Source: a virus. From it: 11,781 nucleotides of DNA. The position numbers were made by a program, and so were the translations under genes. The notes under the pieces are model-generated. The model was not told where the DNA came from. It searched no databases and saw only the letters and a program-made list of their open reading frames with translations. Below, piece by piece: positions 1 through 7,902 of the stretch (position 1 is the first letter of the stretch; every line of letters starts with the position of its first letter). The DNA is taken from positions 1 to 11,781 of IMG/VR virus record IMGVR_UViG_3300021400_001206. One strand, 5' to 3'.

Positions 1-26
1 TTAAATACTATGAAAGGAATAAAAAC

Positions 27-233
27 ATGATTAAAGTATTTACTTTAAATAAAAATGGAAAAATAGAATTAACAGAAAAAGAATTAAAATAGTTATTAGA
101 TAATGTATATTGGGAAGGATATAGAGATAATAATAAATCATCTTGGACTTACACAACTCCATTAACTTACCCTTATTATTCAAATATAACAGCAGACTCA
201 ATTACTTTAGGATCAGCTATAAAGGAGGAATGA
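27..233 (+). CDS. Hypothetical protein of 68 aa (if it starts at ATG 27), with one internal TAG at 90-92.
   Basis: ATG at 27 is preceded by aaagga at 13-18, and the ORF ends at TGA 231-233. The frame is also open upstream to the window edge, so this may be the 3' end of a longer gene. The TAG at 90-92 is read through as protein-like sequence (ELTEKELKxLLDNVYWEGYRD). No family recognised. Confidence 0.5.
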
Positions 234-239
234 AATAAA

Positions 240-935
240 ATGAAATTTGAAAATACCGAAGTTTGGGGTTTTGAACATGCTTTAAGAGGTATGAGAAATC
301 CCAAAAATAGTTGGGATAAAAGTGATAGCAATTGGGAATAGCACCCTTATAATCCTATTGGACCTAATGATATGAAATTAGCTAGAGCTCTTATTTAGGG
401 TGGTCCAGAGCATCGTAAATTCTTACGTCAAATTTTTGTATCTGTTGATATTACCGCACCTTTATATTGGTGGAAATAGTTTGACACTTATAAAATTGGC
501 ACAGTCGCTAATAGTACGTCAACTATGCATAAATTAACAAGCAAACCAATCACTCTTGATTGTTTTGAAACAGATGATTTTAATTCAGATTTAGTTTATT
601 ATACTGAACCAAATCCATATTCTGATGTTTATATTGAAATGGAAAATACAACAGGTATGTTATCTGAAATCATTATTGAGCAACTTGAATTTCTTCGTCA
701 AAAATATCTTGAAACAAAAGATAAGAAATATTGGAAATAGCTTGTGCGGTGGCTTCCTTAGGGGTGGCTTCAGACTAGAACTTGGACAGCAAATTATGAA
801 GTCATTCGAACTATTGTTCATCAACGATAGATGCATAAATTAAATTAGTGGAGCGGTTTAGACGATCCATCTAAACCTAATTTTATAAAATGGGCAAAAA
901 CATTACCTTATGCTGATGAATTTATTTTTAATTGA
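240..935 (+). CDS. ThyX-fold (flavin-dependent thymidylate synthase-like) protein of 231 aa with 7 internal TAG codons and a degenerate RHR motif.
   Basis: RBS aaggagg at 222-228, ATG at 240, stop TGA at 933-935. In-frame TAGs lie at 339, 396, 477, 738, 759, 828 and 846, all followed by continuous protein-like sequence. From memory of Thermotoga ThyX, the segments GGPEHRKFLRQIFVSVDITAPLYWWKxFDTYKIGTVANSTS and LVRWLPxGWLQTRTWTANYEVIRTIVHQRxMHKLNxW align with the [41 protein letters not shown] and [36 protein letters not shown] blocks. The catalytic RHR is replaced by TYK. The track ORFs 525..740 and 625..843 are fragments or overlaps of this gene. Confidence 0.55.
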
Positions 936-960
936 AAAATAAAAAATAAAATGTTATAAT
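932..960 (+). promoter_or_regulatory. Sigma70-type promoter: -35 TTGAAA (932-937), 17 bp spacer, extended -10 TGtTATAAT (952-960).
   Basis: Read directly from the sequence. It shares the TGTTATAATATAA motif with four other sites. It would drive the small ORF 1002..1163 and the gene at 1176..1562. Confidence 0.55.
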
Positions 961-1001
961 ATAATTATAAAATGAAAATTATGTTATAGAGGAGATTAAA
1001 A

Positions 1002-1163
1002 ATGAAGCTCGAAGGAAATAGAAAAGAAAAGTTTATACAAATGCTTGAAAAAGAAATCTTTAATGACGAGAGTGGTTTTATAGAGAATTATGAAGAAGAT
1101 TGGTATGATTTAGTAATTTTCTTTGAAGATTTAAAAAATGGTCAAATTGTAATTGCATATTAA
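1002..1163 (+). CDS. Small hypothetical protein (53 aa). It is a paralog of the N-terminal domain of the next gene.
   Basis: RBS gaggag at 989-994, ATG at 1002, TAA at 1161-1163. KEKFIQMLEKEIFNDESGFIENYEEDWYDLVIFFEDLKNG aligns with KERFIEFVNELMEMADVNEWDDEERKDWKDAFDFFEELKNN in the downstream gene. No TAG. Confidence 0.55.
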   Translation: MKLEGNRKEKFIQMLEKEIFNDESGFIENYEEDWYDLVIFFEDLKNGQIVIAY

Positions 1164-1175
1164 GAGGAATAAGAA

Positions 1176-1562
1176 ATGGCTAAGACTAAAAAAGAAAGAT
1201 TTATTGAATTTGTTAATGAACTTATGGAAATGGCAGATGTAAATGAATGGGATGACGAAGAAAGAAAAGATTGGAAAGATGCTTTTGATTTCTTTGAAGA
1301 ACTTAAAAACAATAAAGTAAAAACCGCAAAAGAAATGACTGAAAACGGTGCTAAACTTCTTTCTTGGATGCAAGAGAATAAAGAAAAGATGTCAAATGTT
1401 TTTACGTCTAAAGAAGCCGCAGAAGGACTCTTTACAAGCGGTCGCTCCATTGCAGGAACCATGAGAAAGCTAGTAAATGATGGTTATGTAAAGAAAACTG
1501 GTAAAGACCCTGTCCAGTATTCATTAACTGAAGCTGGAGAAAATTATCAGTTTGACAATTAA
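1176..1562 (+). CDS. Small protein (128 aa) with a C-terminal winged-helix-like DNA-binding domain; a possible early transcriptional regulator.
   Basis: RBS aagagg, ATG at 1176, TAA stop. The C-terminus FTSKEAAEGLFTSGRSIAGTMRKLVNDGYVKKTGKDPVQYSLTEAG has the helix-turn-helix plus wing pattern typical of MarR/PadR-like wHTH domains. The N-terminal domain is paralogous to ORF 1002..1163. Confidence 0.7.
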   Translation: MAKTKKERFIEFVNELMEMADVNEWDDEERKDWKDAFDFFEELKNNKVKTAKEMTENGAKLLSWMQENKEKMSNVFTSKEAAEGLFTSGRSIAGTMRKLVNDGYVKKTGKDPVQYSLTEAGENYQFDN

Positions 1563-1580
1563 AAAAATTTTTATTATAAT
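1552..1580 (+). promoter_or_regulatory. Consensus sigma70 promoter: TTGACA (1552-1557), 17 bp spacer, TATAAT (1575-1580).
   Basis: Perfect -35 and -10 hexamers at optimal spacing, starting within the last codons of gene 1176..1562 and lying upstream of the RBS aaggag of gene 1620. Confidence 0.65.
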
Positions 1581-1619
1581 ATAAAAGTAAAGTTGATTTA
1601 ATTTAAGGAGATAAAATTA

Positions 1620-2621
1620 ATGAAAAAGAACGCAAGATTTATTAACACAGAAAGAATTGAAGGATATGTTTATAGTACAGGTAGTAATTTTAATCAGCTT
1701 TCTGAAAGAACAACAGGAGAGAATTCTAAGCATCCTGGAACAAAATATATTGCGGGAGACCTTGATATTGCTGTAGATGAATCTGGTCTAAATGTAGTGA
1801 CTATTCATTATACATATGTAACACCAACATATGGCAGTGGTCAGGTAAATAATACTTATACAGCTCTTAAAAGAATTATTGATAATCCAGATAAAATTTG
1901 GATTAATGGCGGTAAGGAAAATGCCTTTAAGGTCCAGTGTACTGGAGTTTCTATCGCAATCAATGATTTCATTGGAGCAGATGGAAAATTTGTTGCCGCA
2001 ATTAGAAATGAAGGTGGATTTTGTTCTATCGTAAATGAATTTGGTCCAGAATCAAATAGAAATACTTTCTCTGCTGATATGCTTATTACAAAAGTTACTC
2101 ATATTGATGCAGATCCAGATAAGAATATTGAAAATGATTTCACAACAGTTAGTGGAGCAATCTTTGGATATGGAAAAACAATTCCTGTTCTTCTTCCTGT
2201 TTCATTTACAGTTCGAAGCGAAAAGGGTATGGAATACTTTGAAAATCTTGATGCTACACCTTCAGACCCCGTTTTTACAAAAGTTTGGGGACATGTTAAT
2301 TGTATGACTGTTAAAGTAAAGAAAACTGAAGAGTCAGCTTTTGGTGGTGATTATGTTCAGGAGTCTGAGCGTAAGAGTCGTGAGTACCTTATCACAGGAA
2401 CAGCAAAAGTACCATATGACTTTGGTGATGAAGAAGTTCTTACTGCTAATGATGTAAGCACAATGAATCAGAATCGTCAGATTATGCTTGCAGAGGTTGA
2501 AAGCAGACATAAGGAACGCCAGGCAGAAAAGGCTGCAAATGGAGTAAGCTTTGAAGCTACTACAAAAGCTCCTGCCGCAACAAAAACAGCAGGTGTGCCT
2601 GAAGGTGGATTTGTATTTTAA
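1620..2621 (+). CDS. Hypothetical protein (333 aa). It sits immediately upstream of the Sak4-like ATPase. A possible ssDNA-binding or annealing partner, by position only.
   Basis: Long uninterrupted ORF with RBS aaggag at 1605-1610 and a TAA stop. No TAG. GC content is noticeably higher than in neighbouring genes. The C-terminal tail is low-complexity (ATTKAPAATKTAGVPEGGFVF). No family recognised from sequence. Confidence 0.8.
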   Translation: MKKNARFINTERIEGYVYSTGSNFNQLSERTTGENSKHPGTKYIAGDLDIAVDESGLNVVTIHYTYVTPTYGSGQVNNTYTALKRIIDNPDKIWINGGKENAFKVQCTGVSIAINDFIGADGKFVAAIRNEGGFCSIVNEFGPESNRNTFSADMLITKVTHIDADPDKNIENDFTTVSGAIFGYGKTIPVLLPVSFTVRSEKGMEYFENLDATPSDPVFTKVWGHVNCMTVKVKKTEESAFGGDYVQESERKSREYLITGTAKVPYDFGDEEVLTANDVSTMNQNRQIMLAEVESRHKERQAEKAANGVSFEATTKAPAATKTAGVPEGGFVF

Positions 2622-2637
2622 TGAGAGGTAATAAATA

Positions 2638-3678
2638 ATGGCAGATATTAATATTTTTAACATCTAGCCGCATCAGGTTAGCCGTAATCTAAGAGGATAT
2701 TCAATCTTCTTTTACGGCTAGCCAAAAAGTGGCAAAACTACAACAGCATCTAAGTTTGAAAAGAATCTTCTTTTAGCTTTTGAAAAAGGTTATAACGCAA
2801 TTCCAGGAGTTATGGCACAGCCTATTAATAACTGGGCAGAATTTAGAAAAGTTCTTCGTCAGTTAAAAGACCCAAAAGCTAAAGATATGTTCTATACTAT
2901 CACTATTGATACTTGTGATATTGCATATGATTATTGTACAAAGTATATTTGTGATAACGCCTTGAGACCTGATGGCGGTTATGGTGTAGACAGTATTAGT
3001 GATATTCCTTTTGGAAAAGGATACGGTCTTGTATCAAAAGAATTTGATGAATGTCTTAGATCTATTGTTATGATGGACTACGGTCTAATTCTTATCTCAC
3101 ACGCAACTGATAAAGTTTTTAAAGATGAAGCTGGAAATGAATATAATAAAATCGTTCCAACTCTAGACAAACGAGCCAATAATATTGTTGCACGAATGGC
3201 AGACATTATTGGATACTCAAGAATTGTTACTGATAAAGAAGGTAATAACTTAACAAAACTTTTTATGCGTGGTACACCGAGATATGAAGCTGGTTCTAGA
3301 TTTAAATATACACCAAATTATATTGATTTTTCTTATGATAATCTTGTTTCCGCCATAAGTGATGCTATTGATAAACAAGCACAAGAAGATGGAAAAGAGT
3401 TTTTTACAGATAAGAAAAACAATCTTTATGAAGATACAACTAAAGACCTTAATTTTGATGAACTTATGAAAAATTGTAATGATTTGATTAAGGGAATGAT
3501 TGATAATAATTCTGAAGAAGTGTTTAAAGAGTTTTATCAACCTCGTATTGTTCAAATTACAGATCGTTATTTGGGCAGAGGTCAAAAGATGAGTCAGTGT
3601 TCAAGAGAACAGGTTGAAGCTTTGTCTTTAATTTATGATGATCTTCTCTTACTTTCCAAAGAGCCTGCTTCAGAATGA
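2638..3678 (+). CDS. Sak4-like / AAA_24-family RecA-fold ATPase (phage recombination-associated ATPase), 346 aa, with 2 internal TAG codons.
   Basis: RBS gagagg at 2623-2628, ATG at 2638, TGA at 3676-3678. The N-terminus reads MADINIFNIxPHQVSRNLRGYSIFFYGxPKSGKTTTASKF. The Walker A motif (GxPKSGKT) is intact only if the TAGs at 2665 and 2719 are translated. Downstream motifs ITIDTCD (Walker B-like) and LISHATD resemble AAA_24/Sak4 proteins. The track ORF 2812..3678 is the TAG-truncated fragment and lacks the P-loop. Confidence 0.8.
2676..2723 (+). other. 12-bp stem / 24-nt loop hairpin inside the 5' end of the ATPase CDS. It spans the Walker A coding region and holds the second TAG codon in its 3' arm.
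   Basis: ggttagccgtaa (2676-2687) pairs with ttacggctagcc (2712-2723) with one G-U pair. The first TAG (2665) lies 9 nt upstream of the stem. The pentamer TAGCC occurs three times in 60 nt. Confidence 0.5.
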
Positions 3679-3692
3679 TTATATATTAAAGG

Positions 3693-3731
3693 CTTGTCAA
3701 AGTCCCGTTCTTTTGACAAGTCTTTTTTTTT
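3693..3731 (+). terminator. Rho-independent terminator after the ATPase gene.
   Basis: Stem cttgtcaaag (3693-3702) pairs with cttttgacaag (3710-3720), loop tcccgtt, followed by tcttttttttt (3721-3731). Confidence 0.8.
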
Positions 3732-3741
3732 ATGTTATAAT
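3713..3741 (+). promoter_or_regulatory. Consensus sigma70 promoter: TTGACA (3713-3718, inside the terminator's 3' arm), 17 bp spacer, extended -10 TGtTATAAT (3733-3741).
   Basis: Read directly from the sequence. It drives the zinc-ribbon gene, DnaB and the downstream operon. Confidence 0.7.
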
Positions 3742-3771
3742 ATAATAAGAAATTTTTTAAGGAGATTTTTT

Positions 3772-4287
3772 ATGGCTCATAAAGTAAAATGTTTATATTG
3801 CGGTGAGCAATTTGATCGAGATATAGAACCAACAAAACAAGTCTCCGCACGCAGATACGCTCATTTAAAGTGTTGGGAAGAACATCTTGCAAATATGTCG
3901 CAAGAAGAAAAAGATATTGCAGCATTTTATGATTATACTCGGCAACTATTTGGAGAAGATTATAATTATGTATTAACTAAAAAGTTAGCTGAAAGATATG
4001 TAAAAGAAAATCAATATACATATAGTGGAATGTTAAAAACTCTTAAGTGGTATTATGAAAAAGAAGGCCATTCACTTGATAAAAGTAATGGAAGTATTGG
4101 TATTATTCCTTATATATATAAACAAGCATTAAATTATTATTATGCACTTTATCAAGCTCAATTAATAAATAAAGAGAAGGATATTTCAAATTTTATATTA
4201 CCAAAAGAAAGAACTATAGAAATAGAATCTCCACGAGTGTATGTACGTCCGCCGCATTTGTGGCTAGAAGAAGAGGAGGATGAATGA
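3772..4287 (+). CDS. Zinc-ribbon protein (171 aa), translationally coupled to DnaB. A possible helicase loader or replication-initiation accessory (positional inference).
   Basis: RBS aaggag at 3759-3764, ATG at 3772. The track ORF starts at 3694, but that start lies within the terminator. CLYCGEQF...HLKCWEEH is a C2-HC zinc-binding motif. Stop TGA overlaps the DnaB ATG (ATGA at 4284-4287). Confidence 0.7.
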   Translation: MAHKVKCLYCGEQFDRDIEPTKQVSARRYAHLKCWEEHLANMSQEEKDIAAFYDYTRQLFGEDYNYVLTKKLAERYVKENQYTYSGMLKTLKWYYEKEGHSLDKSNGSIGIIPYIYKQALNYYYALYQAQLINKEKDISNFILPKERTIEIESPRVYVRPPHLWLEEEEDE

Positions 4288-5828
4288 GTTCAAAATATGT
4301 AGATGTATCTGCGAATATGCAGGTAATAGGAGACGTTTTTATAAATCCATCTTTATTAGATTTAGAAGATAAATATAAATTCAATGAACAAGATTTTCCT
4401 CAAGAATTTCATAGAATTTTATTTGGTTCAATTTATAATCTCCATCAATTAGGAGTAAAACAAATTTCAATTGAGGATATAGAAAAATATTTAGAACAAC
4501 GTCCAAAGAAATATGCAATTTATAAAATGAACAAAGGTTCTGAATATTTAGAGAATATTAAACAAATGTGTCAATTAGCGGCATTTGATTATTATTATAA
4601 TCGAATGAAAAAGATGACTCTGTTAAGAATGTATAATAAAACCGTTGGAATGAATTTATCTTGGCTTTATGATCCAGATAATATTTTAGATGTAAAAAAG
4701 AAAGAAGCTCAAGAGACATGGTTTGATAATACCCCCATTAATGAGATTGCTAATCTTATTAATGACAAGATAGAAGAAATAAAATCTAAATATGTTGATA
4801 ACTCAGAAGATGAAATCATTCAAGCTGGTGACGGTGCGTTAGCTTTACTTGAAAGATTAAGAAAAAATCCTGAAGTTGGTTATCCTTTATATGGAAGATT
4901 AGTCAATACCATTCATCGCGGGGCTAGATTAAAAAAATTTTATTTGCGGTCGGCCGCTACTGGTGTCGGAAAAACGCGTTCCATGATTGCAGACGCTTGT
5001 TTTATTGCTTGTAATAAACTTTATAATCTTGAAACTAAACAATGGGAAGATAATGGAACTCGTGAACCAACTGTGTTTATTACAACAGAACAAGAAGAAG
5101 ATGAGATTCAAACTATGATGATGGCGTTTTTAGCTAATGTAAACGAGTCTCATATTCTTGAAAATACGTATGTTGGAGATGAATGGGAACGCGTAACCGA
5201 AGCTGCGGAGATTCTTGAAAAAAGTCCGTTATATATTAAAAAATTACCAGACTTTTCATTACAAGATATTGAAAATACAATTAAAAGCAATATCCGCAAT
5301 CATGGAGTAAGATATGTATTCATGGATTATATTCATTCAAGTATGAAAATTCTTAGTGAGATTAGTTCAAAAGCAGGGGTTAAAGGATTAAGAGAAGATA
5401 ATATTCTTTTTATGATAAGTGTAAGAATTAAAGATTTATGTAATCAATATGGTGTATTTGTAATGTCTGCAACGCAGTTAAATTCTGATTATGTAACAGC
5501 TCAACAGTATGATCAGAATCTTCTTCGTGGCGCTAAAGCTATTGCTGATAAAATAGATTGTGGCATGATTATGTTACAAACAAGTCAAGACGACAGAGAG
5601 TCTTTAAAAAATATTGTTAATTCAATGGGTATCGAAATGCCTGATATAAAAATGTCTGTTTATAAAAATAGACGCGCTAGATATAAAGATATATTACTTT
5701 GGTGTAAATCAGAACGAGGAACTTGTCGTATTAATCCATTATTTGTAACTAATTATAACTATGAATTAATAGATATAGAAGATTTAAAAATTACAGTAAC
5801 ACCTAAAATAGAAGCAAGCGCATTTTAA
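4284..5828 (+). CDS. dnaB: DnaB-family replicative DNA helicase (514 aa).
   Basis: Walker A LRSAATGVGKTRSM, Walker B VFMDYIHS, SATQLN motif, and a DnaB-like N-terminal domain (FHRILFGSIYNL). No internal TAG. TAA stop. Confidence 0.9.
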   Translation: MSSKYVDVSANMQVIGDVFINPSLLDLEDKYKFNEQDFPQEFHRILFGSIYNLHQLGVKQISIEDIEKYLEQRPKKYAIYKMNKGSEYLENIKQMCQLAAFDYYYNRMKKMTLLRMYNKTVGMNLSWLYDPDNILDVKKKEAQETWFDNTPINEIANLINDKIEEIKSKYVDNSEDEIIQAGDGALALLERLRKNPEVGYPLYGRLVNTIHRGARLKKFYLRSAATGVGKTRSMIADACFIACNKLYNLETKQWEDNGTREPTVFITTEQEEDEIQTMMMAFLANVNESHILENTYVGDEWERVTEAAEILEKSPLYIKKLPDFSLQDIENTIKSNIRNHGVRYVFMDYIHSSMKILSEISSKAGVKGLREDNILFMISVRIKDLCNQYGVFVMSATQLNSDYVTAQQYDQNLLRGAKAIADKIDCGMIMLQTSQDDRESLKNIVNSMGIEMPDIKMSVYKNRRARYKDILLWCKSERGTCRINPLFVTNYNYELIDIEDLKITVTPKIEASAF

Positions 5829-5839
5829 GGAGGATATAT

Positions 5840-6052
5840 ATGCAATATGGTAAGTGTTATAAATGTGCCCATAATGGAATTTGCAGAATTTTGATGGCAG
5901 AAGCCATATCTTCATTAGGATAGTTTGTGCGACTTTTTAATAAAGCACAAACCAGAAAAACGGATAGTAAATGTATTTTACAAATAGATTATACTTGTGA
6001 AAATTTTGTAGAAAAGAATAGTAATGAAGATATACTAAATATACAAGAATAA
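5840..6052 (+). CDS. Small Cys-rich (zinc-ribbon-like) protein, 70 aa, with one internal TAG.
   Basis: Strong RBS aaggagg at 5827-5833, ATG at 5840, TAA at 6050-6052. The TAG at 5921 is read through. The product is MQYGKCYKCAHNGIC...KCILQIDYTC with two Cys pairs. An 8-bp hairpin begins at the G of the TAG. Confidence 0.4.
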
Positions 6053-6068
6053 AAGCGAGTACATTTTA

Positions 6069-6239
6069 ATGAAAAAGAAATTTAGAAAACCAAGACCACA
6101 ACCTCCTAAATGGTTCTGGGCTGATAATGATAATTGTTGGAATTGTAAATACAATCATACAAAATGTAATAGTTGTAAAAGATTAAAAATATTTAGAAAA
6201 AAATATAGAGATAAAAAAACAATAAAGGAGAAAAGATGA
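6069..6239 (+). CDS. Small basic zinc-ribbon protein (56 aa), translationally coupled to the kinase-like gene.
   Basis: The product MKKKFRKPRPQPPKWFWADNDNCWNCKYNHTKCNSCKRLK has a CxxC-x7-CxxC motif. Stop TGA at 6237-6239 overlaps ATG 6236 (ATGA). No TAG. Confidence 0.5.
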   Translation: MKKKFRKPRPQPPKWFWADNDNCWNCKYNHTKCNSCKRLKIFRKKYRDKKTIKEKR

Positions 6240-6643
6240 TTATTTGTGGTTTTCCTGGGGTCGGAAAATCTACCTTAGCAAAATTTTCTAATTGGATAGA
6301 TTTAGAAAGCACCCCATTTGAAAAAGATTGGGTTCGTTATGCAAAAGTAGCAAAACATATGAGTGATAATGGATATAATGTTATGGTATCTACTCATCCC
6401 CAGTTGTTAGAACAATTTGAACAAATGGAAGTAAGATATACTGTTGTAGTACCTCCTTTTACTGATGTTTCTATTTATAAAGATAGATATATCAAAAGAG
6501 GAAACAATATTGATTTTACTTCCTTAATTGAAATAAATTGGGATAAATGGATTGGAGATATTATAACAAAATCTTCAGTTAATAAAACTGTTGTAATATT
6601 ACCAAAAAATGGTTGTTTACAAGCCTATATTGAAAAAATATGA
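6236..6643 (+). CDS. P-loop NTPase, small nucleotide/nucleoside kinase-like protein (135 aa).
   Basis: N-terminal Walker A MIICGFPGVGKSTLA. The small size and fold pattern are typical of AAA_17/18 or dNMP-kinase-like proteins. Substrate unknown. Confidence 0.75.
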   Translation: MIICGFPGVGKSTLAKFSNWIDLESTPFEKDWVRYAKVAKHMSDNGYNVMVSTHPQLLEQFEQMEVRYTVVVPPFTDVSIYKDRYIKRGNNIDFTSLIEINWDKWIGDIITKSSVNKTVVILPKNGCLQAYIEKI

Positions 6644-6737
6644 AAATATATAAAGAATTAAAATACTTATGGAGTTAGTTAGGTTTTGTACTATGGTGCG
6701 GGAATTGGAGGAAAGCTGAGGAAACTTGTCAAAAAAT

Positions 6738-6746
6738 TGATATAAT
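6738..6746 (+). promoter_or_regulatory. Possible extended -10 element TGaTATAAT upstream of the primase gene, with no good -35.
   Basis: tgatataat at 6738-6746. The nearest -35-like hexamer, ttgtca at 6726-6731, is only 9 bp away. Weak call. Confidence 0.25.
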
Positions 6747-6804
6747 CGCAAAACAACATCCAATTATAAAATTTTTTGCCATGATATTACATTAAGGAAT
6801 TGAT

Positions 6805-7902
6805 ATGAAATTTAAATATGATAAAGACATTTTAAAAGAAAACTTATCAATAGAAGAAGTATTTGATTTAGTTAGTGAGTTAGGCGGTGAACCAATTATG
6901 GGTAATGGATTATTTACCGCCCGCACTATCTGTCATGGCGGCGATAGTCACAAACTTTATTATTATGAAAATACTCATTTATTTCATTGTTATACAGGAT
7001 GCGGGGACGCATCATTTGATATATATGATTTAGTTTTAAGAGTAAATAAAACTGCTGGAATTGAAAGTTTTTCTCTTTCCAGAGCAATATCTTTTGTAGC
7101 TAGATATTTTGGATATACAGCTGAAATATTTGATTTTGAAGATAATCAAGATGTTAGTGAAGACTGGAAAATTATTAATAATTTTAAAAGAAATAGAGAA
7201 AAATCTCAACCACAAATTATAGAATTAAAAACTTATGATGATAAAATATTAAAATATTTACCTCATCCCCATATCTTACCGTGGGAGAAAGAAGATATAA
7301 CATTTGATATAATGGAATCAAGAGGTATATGTTATAATCCAATAAGCGAAGGAATTGTTATTCCACATTATGATATAGATAATAAATTAATTGGGATTCG
7401 AGAAAGAACTCTTATAAAAGAAAATGAAATATATGGCAAATATCGTCCAGCTATAATTGGTGGCAAGATGTATAACCACCCGCTCGGTTTTTCACTCTAT
7501 AACCTCAACAATAGCAAAAAAGCAATTTCTATATTTCAAAAAGTAATTGTTTTTGAAGGTGAAAAAAGTTGTCTTAAATATGCTTCTTATTTTGGTAAAG
7601 ATTCAGATATTAGTGTAGCATGTTGCGGTAGTAATTTAATTAATTATCAAGTTAAACTACTTTTATCTCTTGGAGTAAAAGAAATTATTATTGCACTTGA
7701 TAAACAGTTTCAAAAAATTGGTGATAACGAATGGCAAAAATGGGTTATTAAATTAAAAACTTTATATAATAAGTATGGTAATTATGTAAATATTAGTTAT
7801 ATGTTTGATAAAGATAATTTGCTTGGATATAAAGATTCGCCAATAGATTGTGGGAAGGATACGTTTTTAGAATTATTTAAAAGGAGAGTTACAATAGAAT
7901 GA
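6805..7902 (+). CDS. DNA primase with CHC2 zinc finger and TOPRIM domain (365 aa).
   Basis: CHGGDSHKLYYYENTHLFHCYTGCG matches the DnaG-type CHC2 zinc-binding signature. VIVFEGEKSCLKYA (TOPRIM glutamate) and IIALDKQ are also present. RBS taaggaa. Stop TGA overlaps the next ATG (ATGA at 7899). Confidence 0.85.
   Translation: MKFKYDKDILKENLSIEEVFDLVSELGGEPIMGNGLFTARTICHGGDSHKLYYYENTHLFHCYTGCGDASFDIYDLVLRVNKTAGIESFSLSRAISFVARYFGYTAEIFDFEDNQDVSEDWKIINNFKRNREKSQPQIIELKTYDDKILKYLPHPHILPWEKEDITFDIMESRGICYNPISEGIVIPHYDIDNKLIGIRERTLIKENEIYGKYRPAIIGGKMYNHPLGFSLYNLNNSKKAISIFQKVIVFEGEKSCLKYASYFGKDSDISVACCGSNLINYQVKLLLSLGVKEIIIALDKQFQKIGDNEWQKWVIKLKTLYNKYGNYVNISYMFDKDNLLGYKDSPIDCGKDTFLELFKRRVTIE

Noticed and set aside
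240-935. Calling gene 240..935 a functional thymidylate synthase ThyX.
   Set aside because: The fold-level similarity is there, but the essential RHR motif is absent. It is annotated only as ThyX-fold.
972-1001. Alternative upstream starts for ORF 1002 (ATG 972 or 981, read through TAG 987).
   Set aside because: They would lie 5-15 nt from the predicted transcription start and have no RBS, whereas ATG 1002 has gaggag at ideal spacing.
1131-1462. Minus-strand ORFs 1131..1373 and 1160..1462 (80-100 aa).
   Set aside because: They are antisense to the well-supported + strand genes (1002..1163, 1176..1562). Their products are low-complexity and Phe/Ser/Ile-rich, as expected from AT-rich antisense. 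They have no RBS.
2334-2663. Minus-strand ORF 2334..2663 and the + strand overlapping ORF 2035..2307.
   Set aside because: Both lie inside the 1620..2621 gene, either in another frame or antisense. They are low-complexity and were judged spurious.
3250-5111. Minus-strand ORFs 3250..3585 and 4929..5111.
   Set aside because: They are antisense within the ATPase and DnaB genes, Ile/Phe/Lys-rich, and have no start context.
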